Assembly (NCBI GenBank): GCA_963703145.1
Contig: OY969793.1
Span: forward strand, 1,883,151-1,947,150
Source: an uncultured Acidimicrobiales bacterium
GTDB lineage: Bacteria; Actinomycetota; Acidimicrobiia; Acidimicrobiales; RAAP-2
DNA: 64,000 nucleotides
Direction: 5' to 3'
Shown: positions 29,297-38,554 of the stretch, piece by piece
How the letters are laid out: each line of letters starts with the position of its first letter
Numbering within the stretch: position 1 is the first letter of the stretch
Made by a program: the position numbers and the translations under genes
Notes under the pieces: generated by a model
Database searches by the model: none
Seen by the model: the letters and a program-made list of their open reading frames with translations, nothing else
Told to the model about the DNA's origin: nothing

Positions 29297-29470
29297 TCAA
29301 GACTTGGCCGCCCGCTCCCGGGCGACGGCAAGGACGAATTCGTTGAACCTGGCACCGAACGCTCTGACCGTGGCGCTGTCGCTGGATTCCCAACGTCCGT
29401 CCGCCTCGATGATCGTTCCGAGGTTGGCCAGGGCGTCTTCCAGTCGATCGATGCGTTGCTGAGTGGTCAT
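29297..29470 (-). CDS. Hypothetical small protein (57 aa, absent from ORF track)
   Basis: Manual translation MTTQQRIDRLEDALANLGTIIEADGRWESSDSATVRAFGARFNEFVLAVARERAAKS. Non-shadow composition, but no clear RBS. Confidence 0.3.
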   Translation of the reverse strand: MTTQQRIDRLEDALANLGTIIEADGRWESSDSATVRAFGARFNEFVLAVARERAAKS

Positions 29471-29719
29471 CGACCCAGGCTACGCACCGACGGTCGCTCC
29501 ACATGGCCAACTAGCGAGCCGTGTGTGGCTAAGCCACCCTCCAGCGCCGACGTCGGATGCGCTCCGGACCGAGTAGGAACGGTCTGCCCGGGATCCGATG
29601 CCGAACGAGTTACCGCGTGGTCAATTGGAAATGAATTGACGATCGGTCGACCACCCTTCACGGTGTAGCTCAGGAGCGCCCCACGGGGCGATGACGTCAT
29701 CCATTGGGGAGGAGCGCGG

Positions 29720-31483
29720 GTGGGAACAGAGCAGAATGCATCGGGCACGGGGCTGACAAGGAGATCGTTTCTCCAAGCCGCGGCCGGTACCGCGCTCGTC
29801 GGCGCCACAGGTGCGATGGGTTGGACGCCTGCGTTCCGGATTCCCGTCGCCGGTGCCGCGACCATTCCGAGCCCGCCGGGATTCCCCTCGTCCATCAGTC
29901 TTTACCAGCAGGCGTACCAGAACTGGTCCGGCGAGATCGTGGTCGACAGCGTGTGGACCGCCGCCCCGGCCACGTCGGCCGATGTCGTCACCATCGCCAA
30001 CTGGGCGCACGCCAACGGCTGGAGGGTCCGGCCCAAGGGAAAGGGTCACGGATGGTCGCCCCTGATCTTGCCGGAGGGTTCGACAAGTTCGGACTACCTG
30101 CTGGTCGACACCACCCAGCATCTCACCAGGGTCTCGGTCAACACGTCCGGCACGCCGGCCACCGTGACCGCCCAGACCGGGGTCACGATGGACACCCTGC
30201 TCGCCGATCTCGGCGCGGTCGGACTCGGCCTTACCGCCAATCCTGCTCCCGGCGATCTGACGCTCGGTGGCGTGCTGGCCATCGGGGGTCATGGCACCGC
30301 TGTCAAGGGAAGCGGTGAGACAGCTATCTCCGGCAAGACCTATGGCTCGGTCAGCAACCTCATTCTCTCCCTCACCGCCGTGGTGTGGAACGCGGCGACA
30401 GGGAGCTATGCCCTGCGTACCTTCAGCCGGAGCGACCCGGCGATCAAACCCCTCTTGGTGCACGTGGGCCGGGCGTTCATCACCGACGTCACCCTCCAGG
30501 TGGGGGCCGACGTTCACCTCCAGTGCGTCAGCTACTGGACCGTTCCCCAGAGCACCCTGTTCGCGGCTCCGGCCTCAGCCGGGTCCCAGTCGTTCCAGAA
30601 TCTGGTGCTGTCGTCGGGCCGTGTCGAGGTCATCTCGTTCCCGTTCACCACGCTCCCGTGGCTCAAGGTGTGGAGCATCAAGAACAGCCAGCCGTTCTTC
30701 TCCAACGCCGTCTCGGGCCCGTACAACTACGCATTCGCCAACACCGTCTCGAGCACCGAATCCTCCTTCATCGCCAGCCTCTTGAAGGGTGTCACCTCGG
30801 GCACCCCGGCGTTCGAGAATGCGGAGATGGCAGCGGTGGGGACCGGACTGATTTTTGAGAACACCGGGAACATCTGGGGGCCGTCCCGGTACTCCACGCT
30901 GTACGTGAAGCCCACCACGCTGCAGGTCACCGCCAACGGCTACGCCATCTTGACCAGCACGAGCAGCATTCAACAGGTGGTCTACGACTTCTACAGCTAC
31001 TACACCAACCTGGTGAACCAGTACCGGTCGAACGGTCAGTACCCGATGAACGGACCGATCGAGTTTCGCGTCACCGGGCTCGACACCACCAGCGATGTTG
31101 TGCTGTCCGGCGCCCAGCAACCCCAGCTCAGTGCCCTGCGCCCCCGTCCCGACCAACCGGGGTGGAACTGCGCGGTGTGGATCGACGCTCTGACCATTCC
31201 CGGTACGCCGTATGCCGACGAGTTCTACACACAGCTCGAGGCGTGGATGCTCTCGCACTACACCGGGTCCTACGGTGCGGTCCGCTTCGAGTGGTCCAAG
31301 GGCTGGGCCTATTCGACCAACGGCGGCTGGTCCAACACGGCGGCGTTGCAGACGACCATCCCGGCCATGTATACGACGGGCCAGGCCTCGGGCGACGGGT
31401 GGTCCGCGGCACTCGCCACCCTCGACAGCTACGATCCCAACCGAGTGTTTGCCAGTCCCTTCCACGACCATTTGATGCCCTAG
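29720..31483 (+). CDS. Tat-exported FAD-binding oxidase, VAO-type cholesterol-oxidase-like
   Basis: Twin-arginine signal TRRSFLQAAAGTALVGA. GGGGAGGAG RBS before GTG 29720. PCMH-type FAD domain (PKGKGHGWSP, LGGVLAIGGHGT). Substrate assignment is tentative. Confidence 0.6.
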   Translation: MGTEQNASGTGLTRRSFLQAAAGTALVGATGAMGWTPAFRIPVAGAATIPSPPGFPSSISLYQQAYQNWSGEIVVDSVWTAAPATSADVVTIANWAHANGWRVRPKGKGHGWSPLILPEGSTSSDYLLVDTTQHLTRVSVNTSGTPATVTAQTGVTMDTLLADLGAVGLGLTANPAPGDLTLGGVLAIGGHGTAVKGSGETAISGKTYGSVSNLILSLTAVVWNAATGSYALRTFSRSDPAIKPLLVHVGRAFITDVTLQVGADVHLQCVSYWTVPQSTLFAAPASAGSQSFQNLVLSSGRVEVISFPFTTLPWLKVWSIKNSQPFFSNAVSGPYNYAFANTVSSTESSFIASLLKGVTSGTPAFENAEMAAVGTGLIFENTGNIWGPSRYSTLYVKPTTLQVTANGYAILTSTSSIQQVVYDFYSYYTNLVNQYRSNGQYPMNGPIEFRVTGLDTTSDVVLSGAQQPQLSALRPRPDQPGWNCAVWIDALTIPGTPYADEFYTQLEAWMLSHYTGSYGAVRFEWSKGWAYSTNGGWSNTAALQTTIPAMYTTGQASGDGWSAALATLDSYDPNRVFASPFHDHLMP

Positions 31484-31527
31484 TCTCCCGACACCCTCCA
31501 GGGGTCGCACAGGCCAGGGCGGGGGCG

Positions 31528-32382
31528 TCAGCCGCCGCGTACCGCCCCGGTTGCTTCGGCCACGGAGCGGGTGGTGATGGCGTCACCGTCGTCCTCACGT
31601 CGATCGGCGTCGGCGCCATTGCCGTCGTCTCCAGTCGACAGCGAGCGGGCCCGGTGCACCAGTCGCTGGATCATGCGGTGGTGGAGATAGTCGACGATGA
31701 CGTCCCACCGGTAGAGGAACGATTCCGTGTGCTTGGCGGACTGCTGGGCGTAGGAGGCCACGACCTCGGGTGGCAGGTCCGGCCCGAGGTCGGCCCGGCC
31801 CGACAACGTCGCGATCAGGTCCCGCTCCAGCGCCCTGACGTGCTTGAGGTACAGCGGGAGGACGACCGACAACAGGGTCGGTGGCGTCCCCATGTCGATG
31901 AGCTGGCCCACCGCCCGGAGCACCGTCGCATCGCCACCGTCGTACTCGGCGGCACCCCGATCGGCGGGAGCGGCAAGGAAGCCCAGCGAACCGAGCTCGT
32001 CGACCAGCGCCGGGTCGACGCCGGTCTCTTCGACCAGTTGTCGGCGGTTGCGAGGTCGACGATCGGTTCCTAGGACCCGGTCGAGCAGCTCGAACTGACC
32101 CTCGTCGAGCATTCGCTTGATAGCCGTCAGAGTGAAGTTGGCGGCCTTTAGCTGCCGAATCCGGACGAGACGGTCGAGATGGGAGTAGCCGTAGGTCATC
32201 GACCTCCCGACGCGGCGTCCCGAAGGCAGGAGGCCCTCCCGCTGATACAGCCGAACCGTCCCAACCGGAAGGCCCGCCCGACGGGCCAGCTCGTCGATCT
32301 GCCACTCAGTGGATCGCCCCTCGTCCATCATCGGCGGCAAGCCTAGGGTAAAGAGGAGATCTCCGGCCGGGTCCCGTGCCAC
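31528..32382 (-). CDS. MerR-family transcriptional regulator
   Basis: WQIDELARRAGLPVGTVRLYQREGLLP...YGYSHLDRLVRIRQLKAANFTL. The start may be at the MMDEG Met (32331). Confidence 0.75.
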   Translation of the reverse strand: MARDPAGDLLFTLGLPPMMDEGRSTEWQIDELARRAGLPVGTVRLYQREGLLPSGRRVGRSMTYGYSHLDRLVRIRQLKAANFTLTAIKRMLDEGQFELLDRVLGTDRRPRNRRQLVEETGVDPALVDELGSLGFLAAPADRGAAEYDGGDATVLRAVGQLIDMGTPPTLLSVVLPLYLKHVRALERDLIATLSGRADLGPDLPPEVVASYAQQSAKHTESFLYRWDVIVDYLHHRMIQRLVHRARSLSTGDDGNGADADRREDDGDAITTRSVAEATGAVRGG

Positions 32383-32419
32383 CCGGGGAGGCCCGCTATC
32401 CGGTAGGCACTGCGCTCGG

Positions 32420-32599
32420 TCACCCCCGCTCCCAAATCAGATGGTGCTCCCGACCGCCCTCGTCGGGTCCGGTGACCACCACGCTGTTTGAGGCGAGCCG
32501 CCATCCCGCATCGCTCCACTCGTTCAGATGGCGCTCCAGCTTCTCGAGCGGCTTTCTGTCCCCCACGTGGTAGAGGAAGGTCGATGTGGAGTACTCCAT
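32420..32599 (-). CDS. Small DUF4177-like protein (59 aa, absent from ORF track)
   Basis: Manual translation MEYSTSTFLYHVGDRKPLEKLERHLNEWSDAGWRLASNSVVVTGPDEGGREHHLIWERG. An AGGAGG RBS lies 6 nt upstream. Confidence 0.45.
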   Translation of the reverse strand: MEYSTSTFLYHVGDRKPLEKLERHLNEWSDAGWRLASNSVVVTGPDEGGREHHLIWERG

Positions 32600-32988
32600 G
32601 GGTCCTCCTGTTGATGCGGTGGGCGACGAGCCGACTGGATCCCCTCTGGAACCCGCTCGCAGACCAGCCCGTCAGGATTCCGGCGCCCCACCCAGCCACT
32701 CGGCCCATACTCCCATCGAATCAACCACGATGGCTCCATGCTCCGCCAGCCAATCGGCACGGTGGCCCCTCCGCCGAACCCGAAGACGGTCATGCCGGCG
32801 GACACGGCCGCCACCACTGACGAGCGGTGGATCGGTGGAATGCACCGACCTCACCAGGGTCACCGAGCGATCGACCCCGATGACGGAGTGGCCGAGGCCG
32901 GGGAGCGTTCCGCCGACTCGCCCGCAACCACAGCCAAGCTCGAGAACCAGTCCTCCGGGCGGTGACGGGAGTGCCTCCGACCCTGGTC
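32600..32988 (-). pseudogene. SAM-methyltransferase remnant
   Basis: Motif I/post-I GLVLELGCGCGRVGGTLPGLGHSVIGVDRS is readable. The remainder is scattered over other frames (VVAAVSAGMTVFGF; AGLVCERV). No start codon. Confidence 0.3.
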
Positions 32989-33066
32989 ATGTTCCTTACC
33001 AGAAGCCGTCGTGGTCAGTAGTCCTCGCCCGTCGGATCCACGCGGAGGCTTGGCGTTCCCAGTCGA

Positions 33067-33636
33067 TCAGGCGGCACCACCGAGGACCTGATCGCCACGG
33101 GACAGCCACCGTTGGATGAGTCGGGCGCACTCCCCCGGTGCCCGTTGGGTGTTGTCGAGGACGTGGGACTCGTAGGGTCCGAGGTCCTGGAATTCCTCCC
33201 ACATGTGCCGAATGGCGCGCTCGTCAGTGAGTGCGGGATGTCCCACTACCCGCTCGTCTCCGGCGCGCCCGGCCGCTCGGGAGAGACAGGACTCAACGGT
33301 CGGGCGCAGCACCACGTAGGTCGCCTCGGCCCTGGACTCAGCCAACTCGCGCTGTACGAGGTCGAGGTGCCACGGTGCGATGATTCCGTCCACCACCGTC
33401 AAGTAGCCACCGTCGACCATGCGCGCCGCGGCCGCCATCGCGGCCCCGATGATGGTGCGGTTCTGCCCGTCCGCCGAGCTCTCCCAGGGCGGGATGTGCC
33501 CGGCGACGATCGTCGTCCAGAACCAGTCGGACTCGAGGTGGATCGACCGATCCTGTGACGCCGCCACCAGGCGGGCAATGGTCGTCTTCCCGGCCCCCGG
33601 CGGCCCGGCCAGGATCAGGAGTCTCGGTTCAGTCAT
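33067..33636 (-). CDS. P-loop kinase/AAA-family ATPase
   Basis: MTEPRLLILAGPPGAGKTTIARLVAA contains the Walker A motif. 189 aa from ATG 33636. Confidence 0.65.
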   Translation of the reverse strand: MTEPRLLILAGPPGAGKTTIARLVAASQDRSIHLESDWFWTTIVAGHIPPWESSADGQNRTIIGAAMAAAARMVDGGYLTVVDGIIAPWHLDLVQRELAESRAEATYVVLRPTVESCLSRAAGRAGDERVVGHPALTDERAIRHMWEEFQDLGPYESHVLDNTQRAPGECARLIQRWLSRGDQVLGGAA

Positions 33637-33878
33637 GGCCCCGTCCCACATACCTCGGCTGGGGCCCACCCATTCCGCTCGGACCCGCGGAGCGGCCTCC
33701 TGGCCACCCGACAGCACTGGGAATTCGCTCCGGGATCGTCGGTCCGACCTCGGCCACCCGACGCGGATCGAACACGGCGTGGCGCCCGCGCCGGGACCGG
33801 GCGGCGGCCGACGTGTTCATGCCAGAATCATGGCACCACGGCGAGGTGGTCTCGACGGAGGGCGACCAGGAGGAAGCG

Positions 33879-34502
33879 ATGAGCGACGTCTCACGGGGCG
33901 CCGGTTGGTGGCAGGCGTCAGACGGCAAGTGGTACCCGCCGGAGTCCCATCCCAACTACCAGCCCCAACCTCCCCCTCCCGCCCCAGCCGCAGCCCAGCC
34001 GCCCCCAGGGCCAGGACCCCAGCCCTGGGCGGCCGGTGCGGTCCCCCCACAGGCCACCGGCCGGCCGGCCTTCGCCTTCGACGTCAAGCGGTGGTCCCAG
34101 ACCGACCGCATCACCGTCATCGCCACACTGGTGCTGTTCATCTCACTGTTCCTGCCGTGGTTCACCTACAACTACGGCTTCGGGTCACTGTCGGTGAACG
34201 GCTACTGGCACGGGTGGATGTACCTGGTGGCGATCATCAGCCTGGCCCTCCTGGCCTACTTCGTGCTCACCGCCGGGTACGACGAGTTGCCATTCAATCT
34301 GCCGATGACGCCCCAACAGCTCCTGCTGATCGCTACCGGCGTCAATGCGGTCCTGACCCTCATCGCCTTCCTGCTCAAGCCGGGCGGCATCGAGCTGCAC
34401 GGGATCGGCTGGGGAATTGGCGCATTCATCGGGCTGGCGGCGGCCATCGTCGCCGTGGTGCCCCATGCGTCGCCCGTCCTGAAGGGCCGCAGCAAGGCCT
34501 GA
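33879..34502 (+). CDS. Membrane protein with N-terminal GWWxASDGKWYPP module and Pro-rich linker
   Basis: GGAGGA RBS before ATG 33879. MSDVSRGAGWWQASDGKWYPPESHP, then a PQPPPPAP linker and four predicted TM helices. Confidence 0.6.
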   Translation: MSDVSRGAGWWQASDGKWYPPESHPNYQPQPPPPAPAAAQPPPGPGPQPWAAGAVPPQATGRPAFAFDVKRWSQTDRITVIATLVLFISLFLPWFTYNYGFGSLSVNGYWHGWMYLVAIISLALLAYFVLTAGYDELPFNLPMTPQQLLLIATGVNAVLTLIAFLLKPGGIELHGIGWGIGAFIGLAAAIVAVVPHASPVLKGRSKA

Positions 34503-34559
34503 GCGTCGGACCGACTCGAATCGCAGAGTCCTGTCATGCAGTGCCGTCGACGCCGGTGC

Positions 34560-35678
34560 TCAGAAGCGGCTCAGCCGGTGCAGCTCGACGCTCGAGGGGA
34601 TGCCACTCAGTTCGTGCACGCCGAGTGGGACGCTAGGGAGCCCGGTGCTCGATGCCACTTCGGGCGTGGTCACCACCTCGCCGGCCTGGGCCACACTGAC
34701 GATCCTGCTGGCCAGGTTCACGACCGGGCCGAACACGTCACCGTCCCGCAGCATCACCTCGCCGCTGGCCAGGCCCACCCGAACCTGGGGGATGCTCGGA
34801 TGGCCCTGAAAGGCGTCGGCCAGATCGAGGGCGATCGACGACGCCGTCAGGTCGTCGGGTGCCGTGAACAGGATCTCGTCCCCGATCAGCTTCACCACCC
34901 GCCCACCTCCTTCGGTGATGGTCTCCGAAGAGACCCGCTCGAACTCCCCGAGGGCCGCACCCAGATCGCCGAGGTTCAGCGTCTCCCCCAGCTCGGTCGA
35001 CCCCACGAGGTCGACAAAGCCCACCACCAGAACCCGGGACTCGAATCCGGCGAGGTCCGAGTCAGTGGTCGCCAGCCGCTGAGCGATCAGCAGCTGCTGG
35101 CGGAGTAGGGCGTCCAGAGCCGGGGCCACGAACGGCAGTAGTGAGGCCACCTCGACATTGGCCCGGGCGACGCCCAGGCCAACCGGGTCCATCCGCTGGG
35201 CCGGAGAGGCCACGTTGACCAGGAACGACGACACCATGGCATCGGCCACCCGGGACATCGCGGATGCCAGCACCCGGATCAACTGGACGGTGGCGTCCTC
35301 TCCGAACACCGAGGCCACACTGCCCAGTCCGGAGGCAAGGGTGGCGAAGCCCTCGGTGAACACCGGCACCTCGGGCTCCGGGTCGACCATGCCCGCCGCC
35401 AGGGCGAGATCTCGTACTTCGTCGGTGGTCATCCCGGATCGCTCGGCCACCTCTTCCAGGGTGAGGGCGGGTCCCCCCCGGATGGCCAGCACCCCTGCCA
35501 GGGCCGGCAGCGTGTCCTGGTACGTGACCAACTCCTCCCCGGTGGCGCCCAGCTCGACCAGGTACTGCAGCAGTTCCAGACGCAGGGGAGCATCAGGTTG
35601 CTTGGGGTCGTACACGCCGAGGGCGTGGAGCTCATCGGGTTCCACTGGGTGACCAGTACACACGAATGACGACAGCAC
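34560..35678 (-). CDS. Class III adenylate/guanylate cyclase domain protein
   Basis: C-terminal cyclase core VGFVDLVGSTELGE ... GGRVVKLIGDEILFTA ... NLASRI. Confidence 0.8.
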   Translation of the reverse strand: MLSSFVCTGHPVEPDELHALGVYDPKQPDAPLRLELLQYLVELGATGEELVTYQDTLPALAGVLAIRGGPALTLEEVAERSGMTTDEVRDLALAAGMVDPEPEVPVFTEGFATLASGLGSVASVFGEDATVQLIRVLASAMSRVADAMVSSFLVNVASPAQRMDPVGLGVARANVEVASLLPFVAPALDALLRQQLLIAQRLATTDSDLAGFESRVLVVGFVDLVGSTELGETLNLGDLGAALGEFERVSSETITEGGGRVVKLIGDEILFTAPDDLTASSIALDLADAFQGHPSIPQVRVGLASGEVMLRDGDVFGPVVNLASRIVSVAQAGEVVTTPEVASSTGLPSVPLGVHELSGIPSSVELHRLSRF

Positions 35679-35855
35679 CGCGCGGCATTCCCGGGTCGGG
35701 TCCGGCCCGGTGCCGAGACCCGGTCACCGTCGAGTGGGACCCTCACCACTCACCGGGGAGAGTCGACCGGTCGGCGCTCTCCCATCGCCGGGTGGTCGTT
35801 ATCGGTGGGACCCCATCGCTGCGGGAGTAAGGTCGAATCAGCGAAAGAGGGTCCT

Positions 35856-35969
35856 ATGACCGACAAGTCTCCCCGCAAGTCCGCCTCCAAGAAGTCGGGC
35901 AAGACGCTGAAGGAAAAGCGCCTGGCCAAAAAGGACAAGGAGCAGACCCGCAAGGGGCTCGTCCGCTGA
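35856..35969 (+). CDS. Lys-rich small basic protein (37 aa, absent from ORF track)
   Basis: Manual translation MTDKSPRKSASKKSGKTLKEKRLAKKDKEQTRKGLVR. An AAAGAGGG RBS lies upstream. Confidence 0.4.
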   Translation: MTDKSPRKSASKKSGKTLKEKRLAKKDKEQTRKGLVR

Positions 35970-35973
35970 GCAC

Positions 35974-36693
35974 TCAGTGCTTGGGCTGCCACCACCGGCG
36001 TCTGGCCGGGGGGTTCTCGATGGGCACCCAGGGCGGGGTCGGCTTCCGGGGGGCGCCCGGGGAGATCTTGGGGGCCGACCGTGGGGCGGGTTCGGGATAG
36101 GGCTGTGCCACGGGCGGCACAGGGTCTTTGGCGCGCTCGCGCTGGAGGCTGGAGGGATCCGCACCTCCGGTGTCGGTTGCCGAGCCCTTGGAGCCGGCGC
36201 CCGTGGTGGCGGGTTGATCCGGACGTGCCGGTGCGACCGATGCTCCAGAGGTTGGCCGGACATCACGTTCGCCCCGCTCCGGGTCGGTACCGCCGCCCTC
36301 GTCGATCGTGGCACCGGCCATCAGGGTCCGCAGGGCCAGTTCCTGGGCCTCGATGACACGCTCCCGCTCGGCAGCCCGGGCCTCGGCCACCTCGGCTCGC
36401 CGGAGGGCGTCGGCCAGTGCGCGGCGCAGAACGTCCTCGGCGGCCGACCGCTCGTTGCCCTCGTCGACCACCTCGCCCGACCCCAGCTTGCCCAGGACCA
36501 GGCCAGCACCCAGCAGATCGTCGACCGGGATCAGCCACGGACCAGTCCCCGGGCCTTCCCGTCCGGGTTCCCGGCGCGCGTGGGGGAAGTCACCGCTGTC
36601 TAGCCGCCGCCGGATGGTGCGCCGGTCCACCCCGGCCGCCTGGGCGGCCTCGGTGACGGTGAGCATGAGCCGGTCGTCTTGTTCCGCGGTCAT
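35974..36693 (-). CDS. Helix-turn-helix (excisionase/MerR-like) DNA-binding protein with coiled-coil and Pro-rich tail
   Basis: LMLTVTEAAQAAGVDRRTIRRRLDSGDFPHARR. Start taken at ATG 36693. Confidence 0.55.
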   Translation of the reverse strand: MTAEQDDRLMLTVTEAAQAAGVDRRTIRRRLDSGDFPHARREPGREGPGTGPWLIPVDDLLGAGLVLGKLGSGEVVDEGNERSAAEDVLRRALADALRRAEVAEARAAERERVIEAQELALRTLMAGATIDEGGGTDPERGERDVRPTSGASVAPARPDQPATTGAGSKGSATDTGGADPSSLQRERAKDPVPPVAQPYPEPAPRSAPKISPGAPRKPTPPWVPIENPPARRRWWQPKH

Positions 36694-36847
36694 CGAATCG
36701 TTGGCCTCATTCCCTGCCCTGCTTGGTGCCTGCCCCACTGCATGCTTGCCCTCGTATCCGCTCGTGGCCGATGCCACACCTTCGGCGATATACCCAGCGT
36801 GTCATAGGACGTCGCCGGCGGTAGGTCGCCCTACCCTGCGAGGCCGG

Positions 36848-37327
36848 TCAGGCCGTCGGCCAGCCGTTGGCCACCGTGCGGGCCAGGATGCCGAGCGTGG
36901 CCCGAAGTGCGGCCTCGGGGATGACCGGGAAGATGGATGCCTCCCGCCACACCGGATCGATACCCGACCAGTCGTAGTAGGAGGTGACCAGGGTGCCCCC
37001 CTCGGTGGGTTCCAGGAGGTAGCCGTAGACGTGGCGGAGGGGGGGCTCGATGGCGCCGATGATGGTCCAGGCGATCTCCCGGTCCCGTACGAAGGTGGTG
37101 ATGACCACGGTCACGTCGTACTTGCCCATCGGGTAGTCGTTGAGCGCCTCCCGGTCCATGTGCACGACGAACGTGTCATCGACCGCGGTGACCGGTGCCC
37201 CTGTCGCATCCATCAGCATGCCCGAGCTGTCGATGGCCACCTGCCCCCGTGGGTCGCTCACCACCCGGAAGATGGCCTCCGGCGTGGCCGTGATGAAGCG
37301 CTGCACATCGAACCGTTCACTGGTCAT
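36848..37327 (-). CDS. SRPBCC (polyketide cyclase/START-like) family protein
   Basis: 159 aa. FDVQRFITATPEAIFRVVSDPRG is a typical SRPBCC N-terminus. Confidence 0.65.
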   Translation of the reverse strand: MTSERFDVQRFITATPEAIFRVVSDPRGQVAIDSSGMLMDATGAPVTAVDDTFVVHMDREALNDYPMGKYDVTVVITTFVRDREIAWTIIGAIEPPLRHVYGYLLEPTEGGTLVTSYYDWSGIDPVWREASIFPVIPEAALRATLGILARTVANGWPTA

Positions 37328-37456
37328 CCCCCCATCCTTCCACCAAGCCTGAGGGCTGCGTCGGTCGATCCCCGTTAGGCTCGCCGACGCCGGCTACGAC
37401 GGTCGGTCGCTGCTGCTGGCCAGTTGCGAACGGGTGGGCCGGAATGAGGAGGCGTC

Positions 37457-37873
37457 GTGGACTGGAAGCTCGAGCTCGTGGTGGTCCCGGTGTCCGACGT
37501 CGACCGGGCCAAGGCCTTCTACCTCGAGCAGGCCACCTTCGACCTGATCATCGACCATCGGGCTGGCGAGGACTTCCGGGTGGTGCAGCTGGCCCCGCAC
37601 GGCTCGCCGTGCGCCATCGCCCTGATGAAGAACCCCGAGGCGGCGGGCACCGTCCAGGGCCTGCACCTGGTGGTGGACGACATCGATGCGGCTCGCCAGA
37701 GCCTCGTGGACCACGGGGCCGACCCGAGCGACCTCTTCCACTTCGGGCCAGGAGGCCAGGAGGAGGGCCCGGACCCCGAACGGGCAGACTATGGCACGTT
37801 CCTCAGTTTCGAGGATCCCGACGGGAACGGCTGGTTGGTCCAAGAGGTCGGTCGCGCCCCATCCAGCACCTGA
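37457..37873 (+). CDS. VOC/glyoxalase family protein
   Basis: LELVVVPVSDVDRAKAFY ... FEDPDGNGWLVQE. Confidence 0.75.
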   Translation: MDWKLELVVVPVSDVDRAKAFYLEQATFDLIIDHRAGEDFRVVQLAPHGSPCAIALMKNPEAAGTVQGLHLVVDDIDAARQSLVDHGADPSDLFHFGPGGQEEGPDPERADYGTFLSFEDPDGNGWLVQEVGRAPSST

Positions 37874-37903
37874 GCGGCGAGCCATCGTCCCTGCCGGCCG
37901 GTC

Positions 37904-38485
37904 TCACGTCGCGGCGCGGATCATCCGGGCCGGATTGCCCACCGCCACCACGCCGGGGGGTAGGTCCGTGGTGACGACCGCACCTGCTCCGACCACCGTG
38001 TCTCGCCCGATGGTCACCCCGGGCAGAACGATGCACCCGCCACCTAGCCAGACGTTGTCCTCGACGTGGATCGGCTCGGCCGCCTCCCACTTGGCCCGGC
38101 GGAGCCCGGCGTCGATCGGGTGGGTAGGGGTCAGGAGCTGGACCTGAGGCCCGATCTGCACATCGTCACCGATGACGATGACAGCCGCGTCGAGCGCGGT
38201 GAGTCCGAAGTTGATGAAGGTCCGCGCGCCCACCGAGAGATTCGAGCCGTAGTCGCAGTAGAGGGGTGGTCGGATCTCCGTCCCGTCACCGAGGGAGCCG
38301 AGCAGGTCGATCAGGATGCGGCGCACCAGGTCGGGCTGGTCGGCCGGGACCTGCGCCAATTGGTCCATCAGGGAGCGGGCCCGCAGATGGTCGGCCACCA
38401 GTTCGGGGTCGTCGGCACGGTAGAACTCGCCCGACAGCATCCGGTCTCGCTCGGACCGTCCGTCCTGTGTGGGTGGGCCCTCCAT
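37904..38485 (-). CDS. Sugar O-acetyltransferase (maltose/galactoside acetyltransferase-like, LbH)
   Basis: ERDRMLSGEFYRADDPEL (Mac N-domain). Hexapeptide repeats IGDDVQIGPQVQL and IEDNVWLGGGCIVLPGVTIG. In-frame upstream Mets at 38497 and 38536 are alternative starts. Confidence 0.8.
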   Translation of the reverse strand: MEGPPTQDGRSERDRMLSGEFYRADDPELVADHLRARSLMDQLAQVPADQPDLVRRILIDLLGSLGDGTEIRPPLYCDYGSNLSVGARTFINFGLTALDAAVIVIGDDVQIGPQVQLLTPTHPIDAGLRRAKWEAAEPIHVEDNVWLGGGCIVLPGVTIGRDTVVGAGAVVTTDLPPGVVAVGNPARMIRAAT

Positions 38486-38516
38486 GGGGACCAGCATTCC
38501 CCACCGGCCGCACCAC

Positions 38517-38554
38517 GGGCGGCCATGGGCGGCCATGGGCGGCCATGGGCGGCC
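38517..38554. repeat. 10-bp tandem repeat GGGCGGCCAT x3.8
   Basis: Read directly: gggcggccat gggcggccat gggcggccat gggcggcc. Lies between the ohr stop (38563) and the acetyltransferase start. Confidence 0.9.

Noticed and set aside
15333-33000. Integrase, transposase, att repeats or a defence system (RM, TA, Abi, CRISPR) in the lower-GC stretch
   Set aside because: No recombinase, Cas, nuclease-helicase or toxin-antitoxin signatures were recognised in any frame, and no spaced direct repeats were seen. Repeat detection by eye is weak, so att sites cannot be excluded.
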